From contig JAZSIT010000020.1 of the NCBI GenBank assembly GCA_045533895.1, positions 1-51,940 of the forward strand: 51,940 nt of DNA, read 5' to 3'. The position numbers and the translations under genes were made by a program. Of this stretch, positions 1 through 9,074 are shown in pieces. Position 1 is the first letter of the stretch, and every line of letters starts with the position of its first letter. Under the pieces are notes generated by a model that was not told the DNA's origin, did not search any database, and saw only the letters and a program-made list of their open reading frames with translations. Origin of the DNA: Eubacteriales bacterium. Lineage in GTDB: Bacteria > Bacillota > Clostridia > Oscillospirales > CAG-382.

Positions 1-88
1 CGTCAAGCAGTACGGCACCGGTGGTGTTTCTATAATCATTTAAGCCCTGATTCACATCGGGTTGTTTCAAAAAATCAAAGATTCCCAT
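1..88 (-). CDS. rhodanese-like domain protein, N-terminal fragment (gene runs off the left edge)
   Basis: ATG at 88-86 sits 5 nt after GGAGATG and 12 nt downstream of the trxA stop. Translation is MGIFDFLKQPDVNQGLNDYRNTTGAVLLD, which resembles N-termini of small clostridial rhodanese-domain proteins as I recall them. Only 29 codons are visible. Confidence 0.45.
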   Translation of the reverse strand, partial: MGIFDFLKQPDVNQGLNDYRNTTGAVLLD

Positions 89-100
89 TTTTACATCTCC

Positions 101-406
101 TTACAGCATACCGAGGATTGCTTCCTTCGGTCTTGCTCCCATTGCCTGATTTACGATCTTACCGTTTTCAATTACTACCAGAGTAGGAATGCTCATAATG
201 CCGAACTGACTCGCCAGCTCTACTTCTTCATCCACATTGATCTTTCCGACCTTGATGTCGGGCCGCTCACCGGCAATCTCCTCCACGATCGTTACGACCA
301 TGCGGCAGGGGCCACACCAAGGAGCCCAAAAGTCCAGAAGGACTTTCTTATCGGAATTTAATACTTCATTTTGAAAATTGTTTTTGTTTATATTGATAGC
401 AGACAT
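101..406 (-). CDS. trxA: thioredoxin
   Basis: WCGPC active-site motif and typical length. AGGAGG lies 7 nt upstream of the ATG at 406 (MSAININ...), so the longer ORF-track start at 478 is unlikely. TGaTATAAT-like -10 further upstream. Confidence 0.9.
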   Translation of the reverse strand: MSAININKNNFQNEVLNSDKKVLLDFWAPWCGPCRMVVTIVEEIAGERPDIKVGKINVDEEVELASQFGIMSIPTLVVIENGKIVNQAMGARPKEAILGML

Positions 407-569
407 ATTTACGTCCTCCTTTTTTCTTTGTGGCCTCATTATATCATAGCTTTTGATACCGTTCTGTGATGACATCACATTTCTGTTTTTACTAATTTTT
501 TACACATCGTCTCCGATGTGAATAACGTTTTTCTTTGTCTACTGCGGATCAATTTTTGATATAGAAAGA

Positions 570-610
570 AAAAACAACCTCCAGTGTTGGTAACTGCGAG
601 GTTATTTTTG
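570..610. terminator. bidirectional hairpin terminator
   Basis: AACCTC-N16-GAGGTT flanked by an A-run and a T-run. Confidence 0.5.
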
Positions 611-776
611 ATCACAATTTATCCTACTTCTGCGACCGGAACATACGCACACAACGGAAATAAAAGCGCCAAAGAGAATGTATTTTGAGCAGAAAGCGTT
701 AGAATTGCCGAAAATGTCTATAAACAAGGTTTTTTTACCATTAAGGAGCGAGATGCTGCAGGTTTAAGGTATACTC

Positions 777-1454
777 CTAATCATTCTCGTTTACCTTATA
801 ACCGTATTTTTTTAAATCGACTTTATAATTCTCGACCGCAATGCCGTCCTTTTCAAGACGGCGTTTTTGTTCTTCAATACCGCCGAAAGCATAGGCATTG
901 CTGAGCTCGCCTTTGCCGTTTACAACCTTGTAGCAGGGATACTTTTCGTCGTCGGGATTGGAATGGAGCGCATTTCCTATGGCGCGAGCCAAAGATTTGT
1001 TTCCAAGCAGCTCTGCAAGCGTTCCGTAGGTAACTACCTTTCCGCGGGGTATAGTGGTGAGAAGCTCGTACAGCACTTGATTTTTAGAAGTCTTTTTATT
1101 TTTGGATTTTGTTATATCAAAGCTGATATTTACCAAATACTCCATCAATTCATCGGATACGTCGGGAAGAAGGGCAGAAACCCAATGATTCTTGTTCATA
1201 TGATAAGCGGGGTATATACCGTCCTCCGAATCATAAGACCCTAACAGCACAAAGGGTAATTTGATATTTACCACATCAATTTTTTCATCGCTGTCGATCC
1301 CGAATTTTCGCCGTGATACCTTCATCACAATAGCATACCATTTGCGGTTATCGCTATGCCGCAGCACCGCAGTTTCAAAATCCTCGTTAAAGGGGTATTC
1401 CTCTGCAGTGCCGTACGTATCAAAACAATATTTAATAAATTCGTGTTTTGTCAT
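777..1454 (-). CDS. fusion protein: MmcQ/YjbR-family DNA-binding domain + MGMT-like (methylated-DNA-protein-cysteine methyltransferase DNA-binding) domain
   Basis: N-terminal half has the YjbR/MmcQ pattern (EYPF...KWYAIV...YHMNKNHWVS). C-terminal half has the MGMT fold pattern (VVTYGTLAELLG...ARAIGNALHSNP...PCYKVVNGKGELS). Confidence 0.75.
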   Translation of the reverse strand: MTKHEFIKYCFDTYGTAEEYPFNEDFETAVLRHSDNRKWYAIVMKVSRRKFGIDSDEKIDVVNIKLPFVLLGSYDSEDGIYPAYHMNKNHWVSALLPDVSDELMEYLVNISFDITKSKNKKTSKNQVLYELLTTIPRGKVVTYGTLAELLGNKSLARAIGNALHSNPDDEKYPCYKVVNGKGELSNAYAFGGIEEQKRRLEKDGIAVENYKVDLKKYGYKVNEND

Positions 1455-1460
1455 ATTCTG

Positions 1461-1973
1461 TTATCCAAGCAGGGTTTTAATAATTAAATCCGCACACTCT
1501 GCAGAACTGTGCAGACTTGTATCCACGCTGAGCTTATAATCGATATTTTCAGCCATTATAGCGGCTTGTTCCTCGGATTGTGTTTCGTACCTGTCGCCTC
1601 TGTCGATGTTTCTTTTTTTGCATATATCAAGCGGGCAATATACCTCAACCAGCTCAAGCGGGTTATCGCCGAGAATTTCCCGCATTTGCTTGTAATGAGG
1701 TGATATTTCTTCTCTTTCGATCAATATACTGTCTATCAAAACGTTTTTGCCCATATCCGAAAAGAGCTTTGCGGTATGGTACAGCATAATAACTGCATCG
1801 CAAATATGCTTCCAGTAATCCTCGCGCAGGTACTTGATTCCTACCGTTTCTTGAAACAGATCGTTGCTTAAAGCATAGTAAAACTCGTCGGAGCGTTCTT
1901 GAAAAGCTTTGACTATAGAAGTTTTTCCCGAGCTGGTTACGCCGTTCAAAAATATAATGCGTCCTTTCTCCAT
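1461..1973 (-). CDS. P-loop kinase, chloramphenicol phosphotransferase-like (CPT) family
   Basis: N-terminus IIFLNGVTSSGKTS (Walker A) and ~170 aa length match the CPT-like family. AGAGGTG SD before the ATG at 1973. Confidence 0.6.
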   Translation of the reverse strand: MEKGRIIFLNGVTSSGKTSIVKAFQERSDEFYYALSNDLFQETVGIKYLREDYWKHICDAVIMLYHTAKLFSDMGKNVLIDSILIEREEISPHYKQMREILGDNPLELVEVYCPLDICKKRNIDRGDRYETQSEEQAAIMAENIDYKLSVDTSLHSSAECADLIIKTLLG

Positions 1974-2030
1974 TATATCACCTCTTCTGCAGATTCTTTT
2001 TTACGATCGAATCGTGTATGAGTTATTTAA

Positions 2031-2585
2031 TTATATCTGTTTAACCTTTTTCCACGTTTCTTTTGTCATCAGCATTACGTGGCCCGTGCGGATCTCATTT
2101 ATTTGCGGTACCAGAAGCCCCTCGGTGGTGTGATGATAGACAAAACCGAGTTTTTCTTGAACTCTGCGTGATTTATCGTTGTTGTCATAACGTCCGCACC
2201 AAACGGCATTCACGCTCAATTCCTCAAAAGCGCGGCGAAGAAGCTCTCTTGCCGCTTCCGGAATGAGTCCTTGTCCCCAAAAAGGTTTGCCAATCCAATA
2301 GCCTAGTTCGCACTCATCCTCGCGGTCGGTCATATCGGTCTTAAAGTTTAAGTGGATATTTCCGATGGGCTTACCGCTTTCTTTAAGGCAGACAGCATAA
2401 ACCTCGGGATGCATCAACAGCGTTTTAATAATCTCACGGCTATATTCCACGCTCGTATGCGGCGCCCAACCTGCAGGTGGACCGACCTCGGGGTCGCTGG
2501 CATATTTATATAGGTCTTCCACATCACCCTCACACCACGGGCGAAGAATGAGGCGGGATGTTTGCAAGTAATCAATCATTTTCAT
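2031..2585 (-). CDS. GNAT family N-acetyltransferase (RimJ/RimL-like)
   Basis: TSRLILRPW...GYWIGKPFWGQGL...A GNAT motifs. Start placed at MKMIDY (2585); 2579 is also possible. It overlaps the stop of the upstream GNAT gene. The ORF-track extension to 2627 is probably not translated. Confidence 0.8.
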   Translation of the reverse strand: MKMIDYLQTSRLILRPWCEGDVEDLYKYASDPEVGPPAGWAPHTSVEYSREIIKTLLMHPEVYAVCLKESGKPIGNIHLNFKTDMTDREDECELGYWIGKPFWGQGLIPEAARELLRRAFEELSVNAVWCGRYDNNDKSRRVQEKLGFVYHHTTEGLLVPQINEIRTGHVMLMTKETWKKVKQI

Positions 2586-3102
2586 TCTTCGTTTTTTTCC
2601 ACTCGCCGCGTGTGATTGCATACACATACAGCGCTTCTTCGCCGTTTTTATATGCTTTGATCCTCGTCATACCGTTTGCGGCAGCGGTGGCACAGGAGGC
2701 GACGTTTGCCTGATTCATATATGAATAAACACTGTCAAACTCGGTATTTTGGAAGAACCAATCCTTAACTGCGGTGCACGCCTCCTTTGCGTATCCGCGT
2801 CTCCAATAATTTTTGTGTACGTGGTAGCCTATTTCGGGCAGAGTAATTCCGTCAATATTTTGCATGGAAACACCGCAATCGCCTATGAAAGCGCCCGTAT
2901 CCTTAAGTTCCAGCGCCCAAAGACCGAATCCGTTTTTCTTATAGCTGTCGATACACCAGTCTATCCATCTTCTTACACCGTTTGCATCGTAAGGTTTAGC
3001 ATAATATTTCATTGTTTCGCTGTCCGACAGTATATCAAACAAAGCATCAAAATCATCCATTGTATATTCTCTTATCTTGAGTCTTTCCGTCTCGATAATC
3101 AT
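2572..3102 (-). CDS. GNAT family N-acetyltransferase
   Basis: TERLKIREYT...FGLWALELK...GYHVHKNYWRRGYAKEA motifs. GGAGAA SD before the ATG at 3102. Confidence 0.8.
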   Translation of the reverse strand: MIIETERLKIREYTMDDFDALFDILSDSETMKYYAKPYDANGVRRWIDWCIDSYKKNGFGLWALELKDTGAFIGDCGVSMQNIDGITLPEIGYHVHKNYWRRGYAKEACTAVKDWFFQNTEFDSVYSYMNQANVASCATAAANGMTRIKAYKNGEEALYVYAITRGEWKKTKNEND

Positions 3103-3137
3103 GTGTTTTTCTCCATACAGTACGTTAATTCAAAATC

Positions 3138-3740
3138 TCATATTTCCACGGGCGGCAATCTGAAAATCATAATCCGTTCTCGCGAGTCGTTACCGGCAAA
3201 CAGATCACGGCAGTCAATCTCGTCGTAAAAATCCATTTCATCTACTGCGGTAAGGTAACACATATACTCGCTGGATGGATAATAGAAAAACAAAAATATT
3301 TCTCTTGGGGCAGCATAATAAGACTCTATAATTCTTGCCGTCACCGCGCGAAGGATCTCCACGGAAAAGGGGTTAAAGAAATAGCATCTGTTGACATCTT
3401 TGGGAATATCAAATTCTTCTGCCCGTGCGGCAACAAAGTCTGCTTTTGCTCTTGCGGTCTTTTGGTTTTCCATAGCGCGGGCATAAATCCGCTCGTCGTA
3501 TTCAATTCCAATGGTTTTCGCTTTTGTCTGATAAGAGAGGAAAAAGGAAACACGCCCTTTTCCGCAGCCGTAGTCTAAAACCACGTCTCCTTTGCCGAAA
3601 AGAGAAGAGCTTGCCAAACGTTCCAAAACATTATAGGGCGTCGGCTCATAGGGATAACGGTATTGGTCGGAATTGGTATCATCCCGCCCGCTTGTTTTTA
3701 TGTGCAAAAGCTTGTCCCACGTGTTTTCGTTATCTGTCAT
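3138..3740 (-). CDS. class I SAM-dependent methyltransferase
   Basis: VLDYGCGKGRVSFF (motif I). The ATG at 3740 is preceded by AGAGGAAAG. The ORF-track start at 3773 is a TTG without an SD. Confidence 0.75.
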   Translation of the reverse strand: MTDNENTWDKLLHIKTSGRDDTNSDQYRYPYEPTPYNVLERLASSSLFGKGDVVLDYGCGKGRVSFFLSYQTKAKTIGIEYDERIYARAMENQKTARAKADFVAARAEEFDIPKDVNRCYFFNPFSVEILRAVTARIIESYYAAPREIFLFFYYPSSEYMCYLTAVDEMDFYDEIDCRDLFAGNDSRERIMIFRLPPVEI

Positions 3741-3791
3741 TGCTTTCCTCTGCGCATTTTTGGTGTTTTTCAAATAGTATCAATATCATTT

Positions 3792-4616
3792 TTACATAGT
3801 TTTGCGGTAGTTGTCGATATTTTGGTCTTCGTTATATGTAGGGTCTCCGGGGTGGATACCGTTCATCTCCTGCATGATTTTGTACGCTCTGGCGCGAAGC
3901 TCTTCTGCCGCCGCGCGGGGATGTAACGATTTATCTGCATACAAAGGCTCAGATATATGCAAATCCACAAAAGGACCTTTCCCGAATATCCTTCTGAATC
4001 CTTTACGGGGACGGAACGACATTGCAATGGGAATAAGCGGCTTATCGTATTTTACCGCATAGGTAAATACGGCGGGCTTGAGGGGGCGTATATCGGGATA
4101 GAAAAACCACAAAGAACCCTCGGGAAACACGTGAAGCCAACGGCCGCCGGAAACAACCTCGTCCAATCCGTGTTTGAAAGCTATCATTGCATGAATGTCG
4201 CCCTCCGGTATGGGCATTCCGCCGAGAATACGCATAAAAGCGTGAAATCCGCTTTCGAAATTAGGTTTCCACGCAGGGAAATAGCTTATATGGGGACGGA
4301 TTGCCTTGAGCACGCAAAGGTAATCCCACATGAATACGTGGTTGGAAATTGTAATAGCGCCGTTTTTCAGCTCTTTTTTGTGTTTTTTCAGATTCTCGCG
4401 CCCGTATATCCGCAGTCCGTGTGTCAGATGCGTGAGGGGAAATACCACGAGATGAAGCAAAGACGCAACAAAGGCGCGCTTTATACGGAACCATACGCCA
4501 TGGGGCACGTATTCGTAATGCTCGTCCAGCAGGACTTGGCGAGTTCGTTTTAGCGTGAGCATGTGCTGATCACTGCGCTCGGGATAAGTATAGTCTAGAT
4601 TATGGCGATAATACAT
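3792..4616 (-). CDS. lysophospholipid (1-acyl-sn-glycerol-3-phosphate) acyltransferase family protein
   Basis: HX4D motif (SNHVFMWD) and downstream FPEG motif typical of PlsC-type acyltransferases. Confidence 0.75.
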   Translation of the reverse strand: MYYRHNLDYTYPERSDQHMLTLKRTRQVLLDEHYEYVPHGVWFRIKRAFVASLLHLVVFPLTHLTHGLRIYGRENLKKHKKELKNGAITISNHVFMWDYLCVLKAIRPHISYFPAWKPNFESGFHAFMRILGGMPIPEGDIHAMIAFKHGLDEVVSGGRWLHVFPEGSLWFFYPDIRPLKPAVFTYAVKYDKPLIPIAMSFRPRKGFRRIFGKGPFVDLHISEPLYADKSLHPRAAAEELRARAYKIMQEMNGIHPGDPTYNEDQNIDNYRKTM

Positions 4617-4697
4617 AAATGTTATCCTTTCCGAAAAGCACGGTGTAAAAAGGTAAACTTCTGCGGTTTTCGAGTATGTTTTTCTTATATCGTTTTT

Positions 4698-5261
4698 TTA
4701 GCTTCTTGGTCCAAGCTGTAATTGGTCGGCGTGTTCTTTCATTGCCTCGATACAGATGGCGGCAACGTCTTTAACATCCATACCCAGCATTTCGCAACCC
4801 TGTTTTATTACATCGCGGTTACACTTGGCTGCAAACTTTTTATCTTTGAACTTTTTCATAAAACTGGATATTTCCATATCGGTTATGCCCGCAGGGCGCA
4901 TTCTTGCGGCAGCCTGAATGATACCTGTCAATTCATCTACTGCAAACAGAGACTTTTCTAAGTTGGTAATAGGCTCCACATCATTGCACAGACCGTATCC
5001 GTGCGCCAGAATGGCACGTACTTCTTCGTCGGTAAGTCCGGCGTCCTTCAAGGGAGCTTCCGTATAGTGCAAATGCTCATCCGGATGCTGCTGGTAATCA
5101 TAGTCGTGCAGGTATCCGATTGCCATCCAATGCTGTTCATCCTCTCCGAAATGTTTGGCAAGTCCGCCCATAGCTGCCATAACGTTCTTTGCGTGAAGAA
5201 ATAAATGTTCTTCCGTGGTGGTTGTGTTCAATAATTCCTTTGCTTTATCTAAAGTAAGCAT
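4698..5261 (-). CDS. HD domain phosphohydrolase
   Basis: H...HD (YLHDYDY) metal-binding pattern. AAGGAG SD. Confidence 0.7.
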   Translation of the reverse strand: MLTLDKAKELLNTTTTEEHLFLHAKNVMAAMGGLAKHFGEDEQHWMAIGYLHDYDYQQHPDEHLHYTEAPLKDAGLTDEEVRAILAHGYGLCNDVEPITNLEKSLFAVDELTGIIQAAARMRPAGITDMEISSFMKKFKDKKFAAKCNRDVIKQGCEMLGMDVKDVAAICIEAMKEHADQLQLGPRS

Positions 5262-5291
5262 CTTAAAAACTCCTTGCGTTTTTCGTCTTTT

Positions 5292-5981
5292 TCAAATATT
5301 TATAATTTTCAGTATTTGCTTTTCTGTTGCGTTTGGCAATATTTTTTGCAGGTGGCGGATAATCTTCTGTTTTGATTCCGCAGGTGCGGTTTTGTATTCG
5401 GAGGTTATGTAGTCATATCCAAAGAAATGCTCCGGCGTTGTATATTGGGCTATACCCCAGCCGTAAGGCTTGCCAAACTTGTCCTGCATATACACAAAAT
5501 CTGCCACGCAAATATAACTTTGCATCTGCAGCCTTGTAATAATGGTGTCAAAGCCTTTGTTTCCGTCCTTTACGTAATTACAAGCCTTTTTCAGATCCTT
5601 GGATAGAATCACATCTTGCTTGGCAACTGCATCAAACAGCTCTTTATCTTTGTAGAATACCAGACCATCGTCACATCTTGAATCAAAATCATATCCGTCG
5701 CGGCGATAATTGGCAAAATCGGGAATCCACTGTTTACTTATAAAACCTGCCTTGCCGTTAAAAAACTTTCCGTAAATACACTTTCCGCTTTTTGCTGCAG
5801 GACCTTTCCATTCCCAAGGGCCGTCAAGCTCGGTAAACCATAGCTCTGCAGGGCACATTTCCTCTATTGAAAATCCTGTTATTGCGTTTTTGAAAAAAGG
5901 TAAAAAGCCGTATTGTTCAACCTTTTCAAGCAGATCATCTGCGTTTTTTAACATATCCTCACCGCCTGCGGCATTATTCAT
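5292..5981 (-). CDS. conserved hypothetical, possibly AlkZ-related protein family
   Basis: GFLPFF...GFSIEE...WF...GPWEWKG...GKAGFIS..W.P.FANYRRDGYDFD pattern, which I recall from proteins annotated AlkZ-related. ATGA overlap with the upstream gene stop. Family assignment unverified. Confidence 0.5.
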   Translation of the reverse strand: MNNAAGGEDMLKNADDLLEKVEQYGFLPFFKNAITGFSIEEMCPAELWFTELDGPWEWKGPAAKSGKCIYGKFFNGKAGFISKQWIPDFANYRRDGYDFDSRCDDGLVFYKDKELFDAVAKQDVILSKDLKKACNYVKDGNKGFDTIITRLQMQSYICVADFVYMQDKFGKPYGWGIAQYTTPEHFFGYDYITSEYKTAPAESKQKIIRHLQKILPNATEKQILKIINI

Positions 5982-6868
5982 CTTGCCGCCGCACTCAAAT
6001 TTTCTTCACCGACAGTCTTTTTTATAGGTAAGAGCGTTCTTGTTTGTGCTTTGTATTCTGCAAATCCGTCCTTGCGGGCTTGCCTGCGGTCAGCCATAGG
6101 AATACTTACCGCAAGGAATAAAAGAGTGTTGGCAGCAGCGCCTGCGGCAAGAAACCACGCTTTTGGCTCGGCACATATTACAGAAAGAGCAATGCCCCAC
6201 CACACAAGTATTTCACCCAGATAGTTTGGATGACGGGAATATTTCCAAAGTCCGTTTCGGATAAAAACGCCGTTGCGTTCTTTGCGGAATTTGTGCATTT
6301 GTATATCGGCAATACCCTGCATTGTTGCCGCACCCAGCGACACGCAGAGGAACACTACGCTTTCAATGCCTCCGTTCAGCCCGTTTCTTATTGCATATAC
6401 GGCGGGTAAGGTGCAACCGTACACCACAAACGTAGGCACCATGTGAATTCCCACAAAGTTAATTACGGGATAAAACACCCCCGTTTTTTCTTTCAGCATT
6501 GTGTAACGCCAATCCTGATGGTATAGATTGGCAAAGGTATACGCCCAGTTAACAGTCAACCGTATCGCCCAGAAGGATACGACTGTCAGCAACAGTACAC
6601 CCAGAAATGTCAGTTCTTTGTTAATTGCAAAGGCTATTAGAATAACGGGCGGCTGTACGCTCCAATAAGGGTCATATACCGATGCGTTACCGAAAATAAC
6701 GCTGAAAATAAAGGTTACAACCGTCGCTGCCGCATCAGCCACCAGAAGGGATACCCACCACTGCAGGTCGAGAATATTGTAAATAAAAATACCGATAGCG
6801 GCGGCGATTATGTAGACAAACGCGATTACTGTAAAGCTCGCTGCGCGGTTTTGTTTAAGCTTTTTCAT
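5978..6868 (-). CDS. DUF1295 / steroid 5-alpha-reductase-like polytopic membrane protein
   Basis: Multiple TM segments and the WKYSRHPNYLGE motif. Confidence 0.7.
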   Translation of the reverse strand: MKKLKQNRAASFTVIAFVYIIAAAIGIFIYNILDLQWWVSLLVADAAATVVTFIFSVIFGNASVYDPYWSVQPPVILIAFAINKELTFLGVLLLTVVSFWAIRLTVNWAYTFANLYHQDWRYTMLKEKTGVFYPVINFVGIHMVPTFVVYGCTLPAVYAIRNGLNGGIESVVFLCVSLGAATMQGIADIQMHKFRKERNGVFIRNGLWKYSRHPNYLGEILVWWGIALSVICAEPKAWFLAAGAAANTLLFLAVSIPMADRRQARKDGFAEYKAQTRTLLPIKKTVGEENLSAAAR

Positions 6869-6901
6869 ATAGACCTCACACCGTTTTAATTTAGTAAGCG
6901 G

Positions 6902-7591
6902 TTATTTGTTGCCGTGAAACGGGCATCTTTTTCCTATGCATTGGTTGTTTTGTGCCGAGTGGGTGCATTGGATCTCGCCAAGCTCCATTTCTGTGCTGAG
7001 ATGAATTCGTGCAAATTCAACGGCTTTGATTATGGCGATATAAGAATTTCGCTTGCAACAGCGCGGACCTCCTGCAGATGCGATTGCACCAATAGCTCCT
7101 GCTGTCATAAAGTTTGAAAGTTGCCATTCTTTTACCGCAAGGGGAGTTGAGCCTGTAACTATCGATACAAACATTCCAGCGCTGATACCCGCGCCGCACG
7201 CGCCCCAAAAACCGCACGCGCCGCCCGGTACTTTTTTGCCCCGTGACTGCATTTCCAAAAGCGCTTTCTGTAAATCGATATTACCGCCTGCGTTTTTATA
7301 AGCGGTCAAAAGCGCCGATCCCACCATAATATGATGCTCAGGACCGTGTATGTGGCAAAAGGGAAGTGACATCAGCTTCCCCAAAACTTTTATAGGATTC
7401 TTTGAACTCTCCTTCAAACATACCCCTAAAATTGTATCAATACCCTTTGTGTGGCATTCGTTGCAAACGTAGTGGCCTTTTTCACACGCGGTTTTGGCAG
7501 TTTCTTTTTTGTGGCAGATAGCGCACTCCATTTCGGTGTCGTTTTCCGAATATTTAAGGGGCGCACCGCAGATCAAGCACTCGTCCTGCAT
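6902..7591 (-). CDS. Cys-rich protein, DUF5714-like
   Basis: N-terminal CxxC...CxxC...HYVCNECH zinc-ribbon-like pattern. ATG at 7591 (MQDECLICG) is preceded by GGGAGAA. Family name from memory. Confidence 0.5.
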   Translation of the reverse strand: MQDECLICGAPLKYSENDTEMECAICHKKETAKTACEKGHYVCNECHTKGIDTILGVCLKESSKNPIKVLGKLMSLPFCHIHGPEHHIMVGSALLTAYKNAGGNIDLQKALLEMQSRGKKVPGGACGFWGACGAGISAGMFVSIVTGSTPLAVKEWQLSNFMTAGAIGAIASAGGPRCCKRNSYIAIIKAVEFARIHLSTEMELGEIQCTHSAQNNQCIGKRCPFHGNK

Positions 7592-7625
7592 AGCAATTTC
7601 TCCCAAAATGTCATATTATGCGGAC

Positions 7626-7654
7626 ATTATATCACATTTTGTAATTATTCTCAA
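7626..7654 (-). promoter_or_regulatory. sigma-A-type promoter of the DUF5714-like gene
   Basis: TTGAGA-N17-TATAAT on the minus strand. Confidence 0.55.
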
Positions 7655-7789
7655 TACCTGTTTGCCGTTTACGGCACACCAAATTTTAAGGGCGGCTCCG
7701 AGAAGCCGCCCTCAGCTTTTTATTATATCATATTTCCCATCAATAACAAGCGAACCGCAGGAAGTGCCACTTAACCTGCGGTTGATTTT

Positions 7790-8812
7790 TTAATTTGTTT
7801 TATTTTTCATGGCTTGTGCTTCCCGTTTTGCCCATTCGACGGTTTCGCCTTCGGTTATTCCGTGGTCATTAGATAATACACAGATAATTGTATTCCATGC
7901 GTCTGCGGCATCTTTATATCTTTCAAGTTTCTCGTAAAGAAAGGCGAGTGAATATATTGCCGAGAGATCACGAGGATAACTACTTGAATTAAACGAATTG
8001 TTAAAACTGCGTATGGCATCCTCGTAATTATGAACACTGCAAAAGCGTTCACCGATTTCATATTGTCCTTTACTGTCGGTATCAGGGACACTGCGCCACA
8101 ATTCCAACGCTTTTGAATAATAACCTTTGGCTGCCAGAATATCGCCGCAGAAAACAGTACACATGTTTTTATTTTCTTCTGTAAATTTCACTTTTGATAT
8201 AAGCATATCTGCTTTTTCAAAATCTCTGTTGTCTATGGTTGCTTCAATCAGCATTTCATAAAGTTTATAGTTTTCCGGGTCTTTTTCTGCATACGGAGCG
8301 CAAGCCGAAATGAAGAGCTCGTTGTTGGATTTTACTACTTGACGTACTCCGCCGCAAAGCCTTCGGTATAGAGAAAAGATTTCCATATCATTGGGAGCAT
8401 TTTTCATTCCATTCTCTAACATTTTTCTCGCAGCGCGTGCTTCCGTGGCAATTCGTTGTGCATATAACTCTGCATATCGTTTTATTACTTCTACATCGCA
8501 GTCGTTTTCTTCGAGCGCGTTATCTAATATTCGCTTGGCGTAAAAGTAATTATCATCAGTGAGCATTTCGTTATAGAGTATGCGGTCAATTCGCTCAAAT
8601 TCATCTTCTCGGTTAATACGGAATAAATCGTCAATACGTACTCCGAACAGCGCCGCGAGTATTGGTAACAGCGAAATATCCGGTGTAGTTACTCCGTTTT
8701 CCCATTTGCTTACTGCTTGATAAGAAACACCGATTTTGGCTGCAATATATTCTTGAGTAAGTCCCTGCTGAGTTCTTAATCTTTTTATTTGCTGACCGAT
8801 GTTAATATCCAA
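7790..8812 (-). CDS. XRE-family HTH transcriptional regulator with TPR-like C-terminal domain
   Basis: N-terminal HTH_3 (GLTQEYIAAKIGVSYQAVSKWENG) followed by ~270 aa of helical repeats. TTG start at 8812, 8 nt after AAGGAGG. Confidence 0.8.
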   Translation of the reverse strand: MDINIGQQIKRLRTQQGLTQEYIAAKIGVSYQAVSKWENGVTTPDISLLPILAALFGVRIDDLFRINREDEFERIDRILYNEMLTDDNYFYAKRILDNALEENDCDVEVIKRYAELYAQRIATEARAARKMLENGMKNAPNDMEIFSLYRRLCGGVRQVVKSNNELFISACAPYAEKDPENYKLYEMLIEATIDNRDFEKADMLISKVKFTEENKNMCTVFCGDILAAKGYYSKALELWRSVPDTDSKGQYEIGERFCSVHNYEDAIRSFNNSFNSSSYPRDLSAIYSLAFLYEKLERYKDAADAWNTIICVLSNDHGITEGETVEWAKREAQAMKNKTN

Positions 8813-9004
8813 ATTTCAATTCCTCCTTTTTAATCGATGTCGGGCGACATATATATTATATCGTTGTACGGCAACCAAAGCAATAACCGGTTTCTTTAGA
8901 AAACTCACTTAACAGGTGAGTAAAGATATAAATCAATAACAGATTTTAATTAGTTTAGTCTTTCGACTAAACATATTGTTGAAAACAAAACAACAAATTG
9001 ATAA

Positions 9005-9033
9005 TTGATTTGTTTTATGCCCTATGTTACAAT
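9005..9033 (+). promoter_or_regulatory. sigma-A-type promoter of the plus-strand HTH-TPR regulator
   Basis: TTGATT-N17-TACAAT. The -35 is the second half of the direct repeat TTGATAATTGATT. Confidence 0.5.
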
Positions 9034-9074
9034 AAATCCACACCGGTGATACAAACACTTTGGAGGTTATTTTA

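Noticed and set aside
62-361. 99-aa plus-strand ORF overlapping trxA
   Set aside because: Antisense shadow of a gene with the unmistakable WCGPC motif.
7722-7730. Second TGATATAAT box on the minus strand, reading directly into the hairpin at 7712-7689
   Set aside because: It would give a transcript consisting of little more than a terminator. It is probably a chance match in an AT-rich terminator flank.
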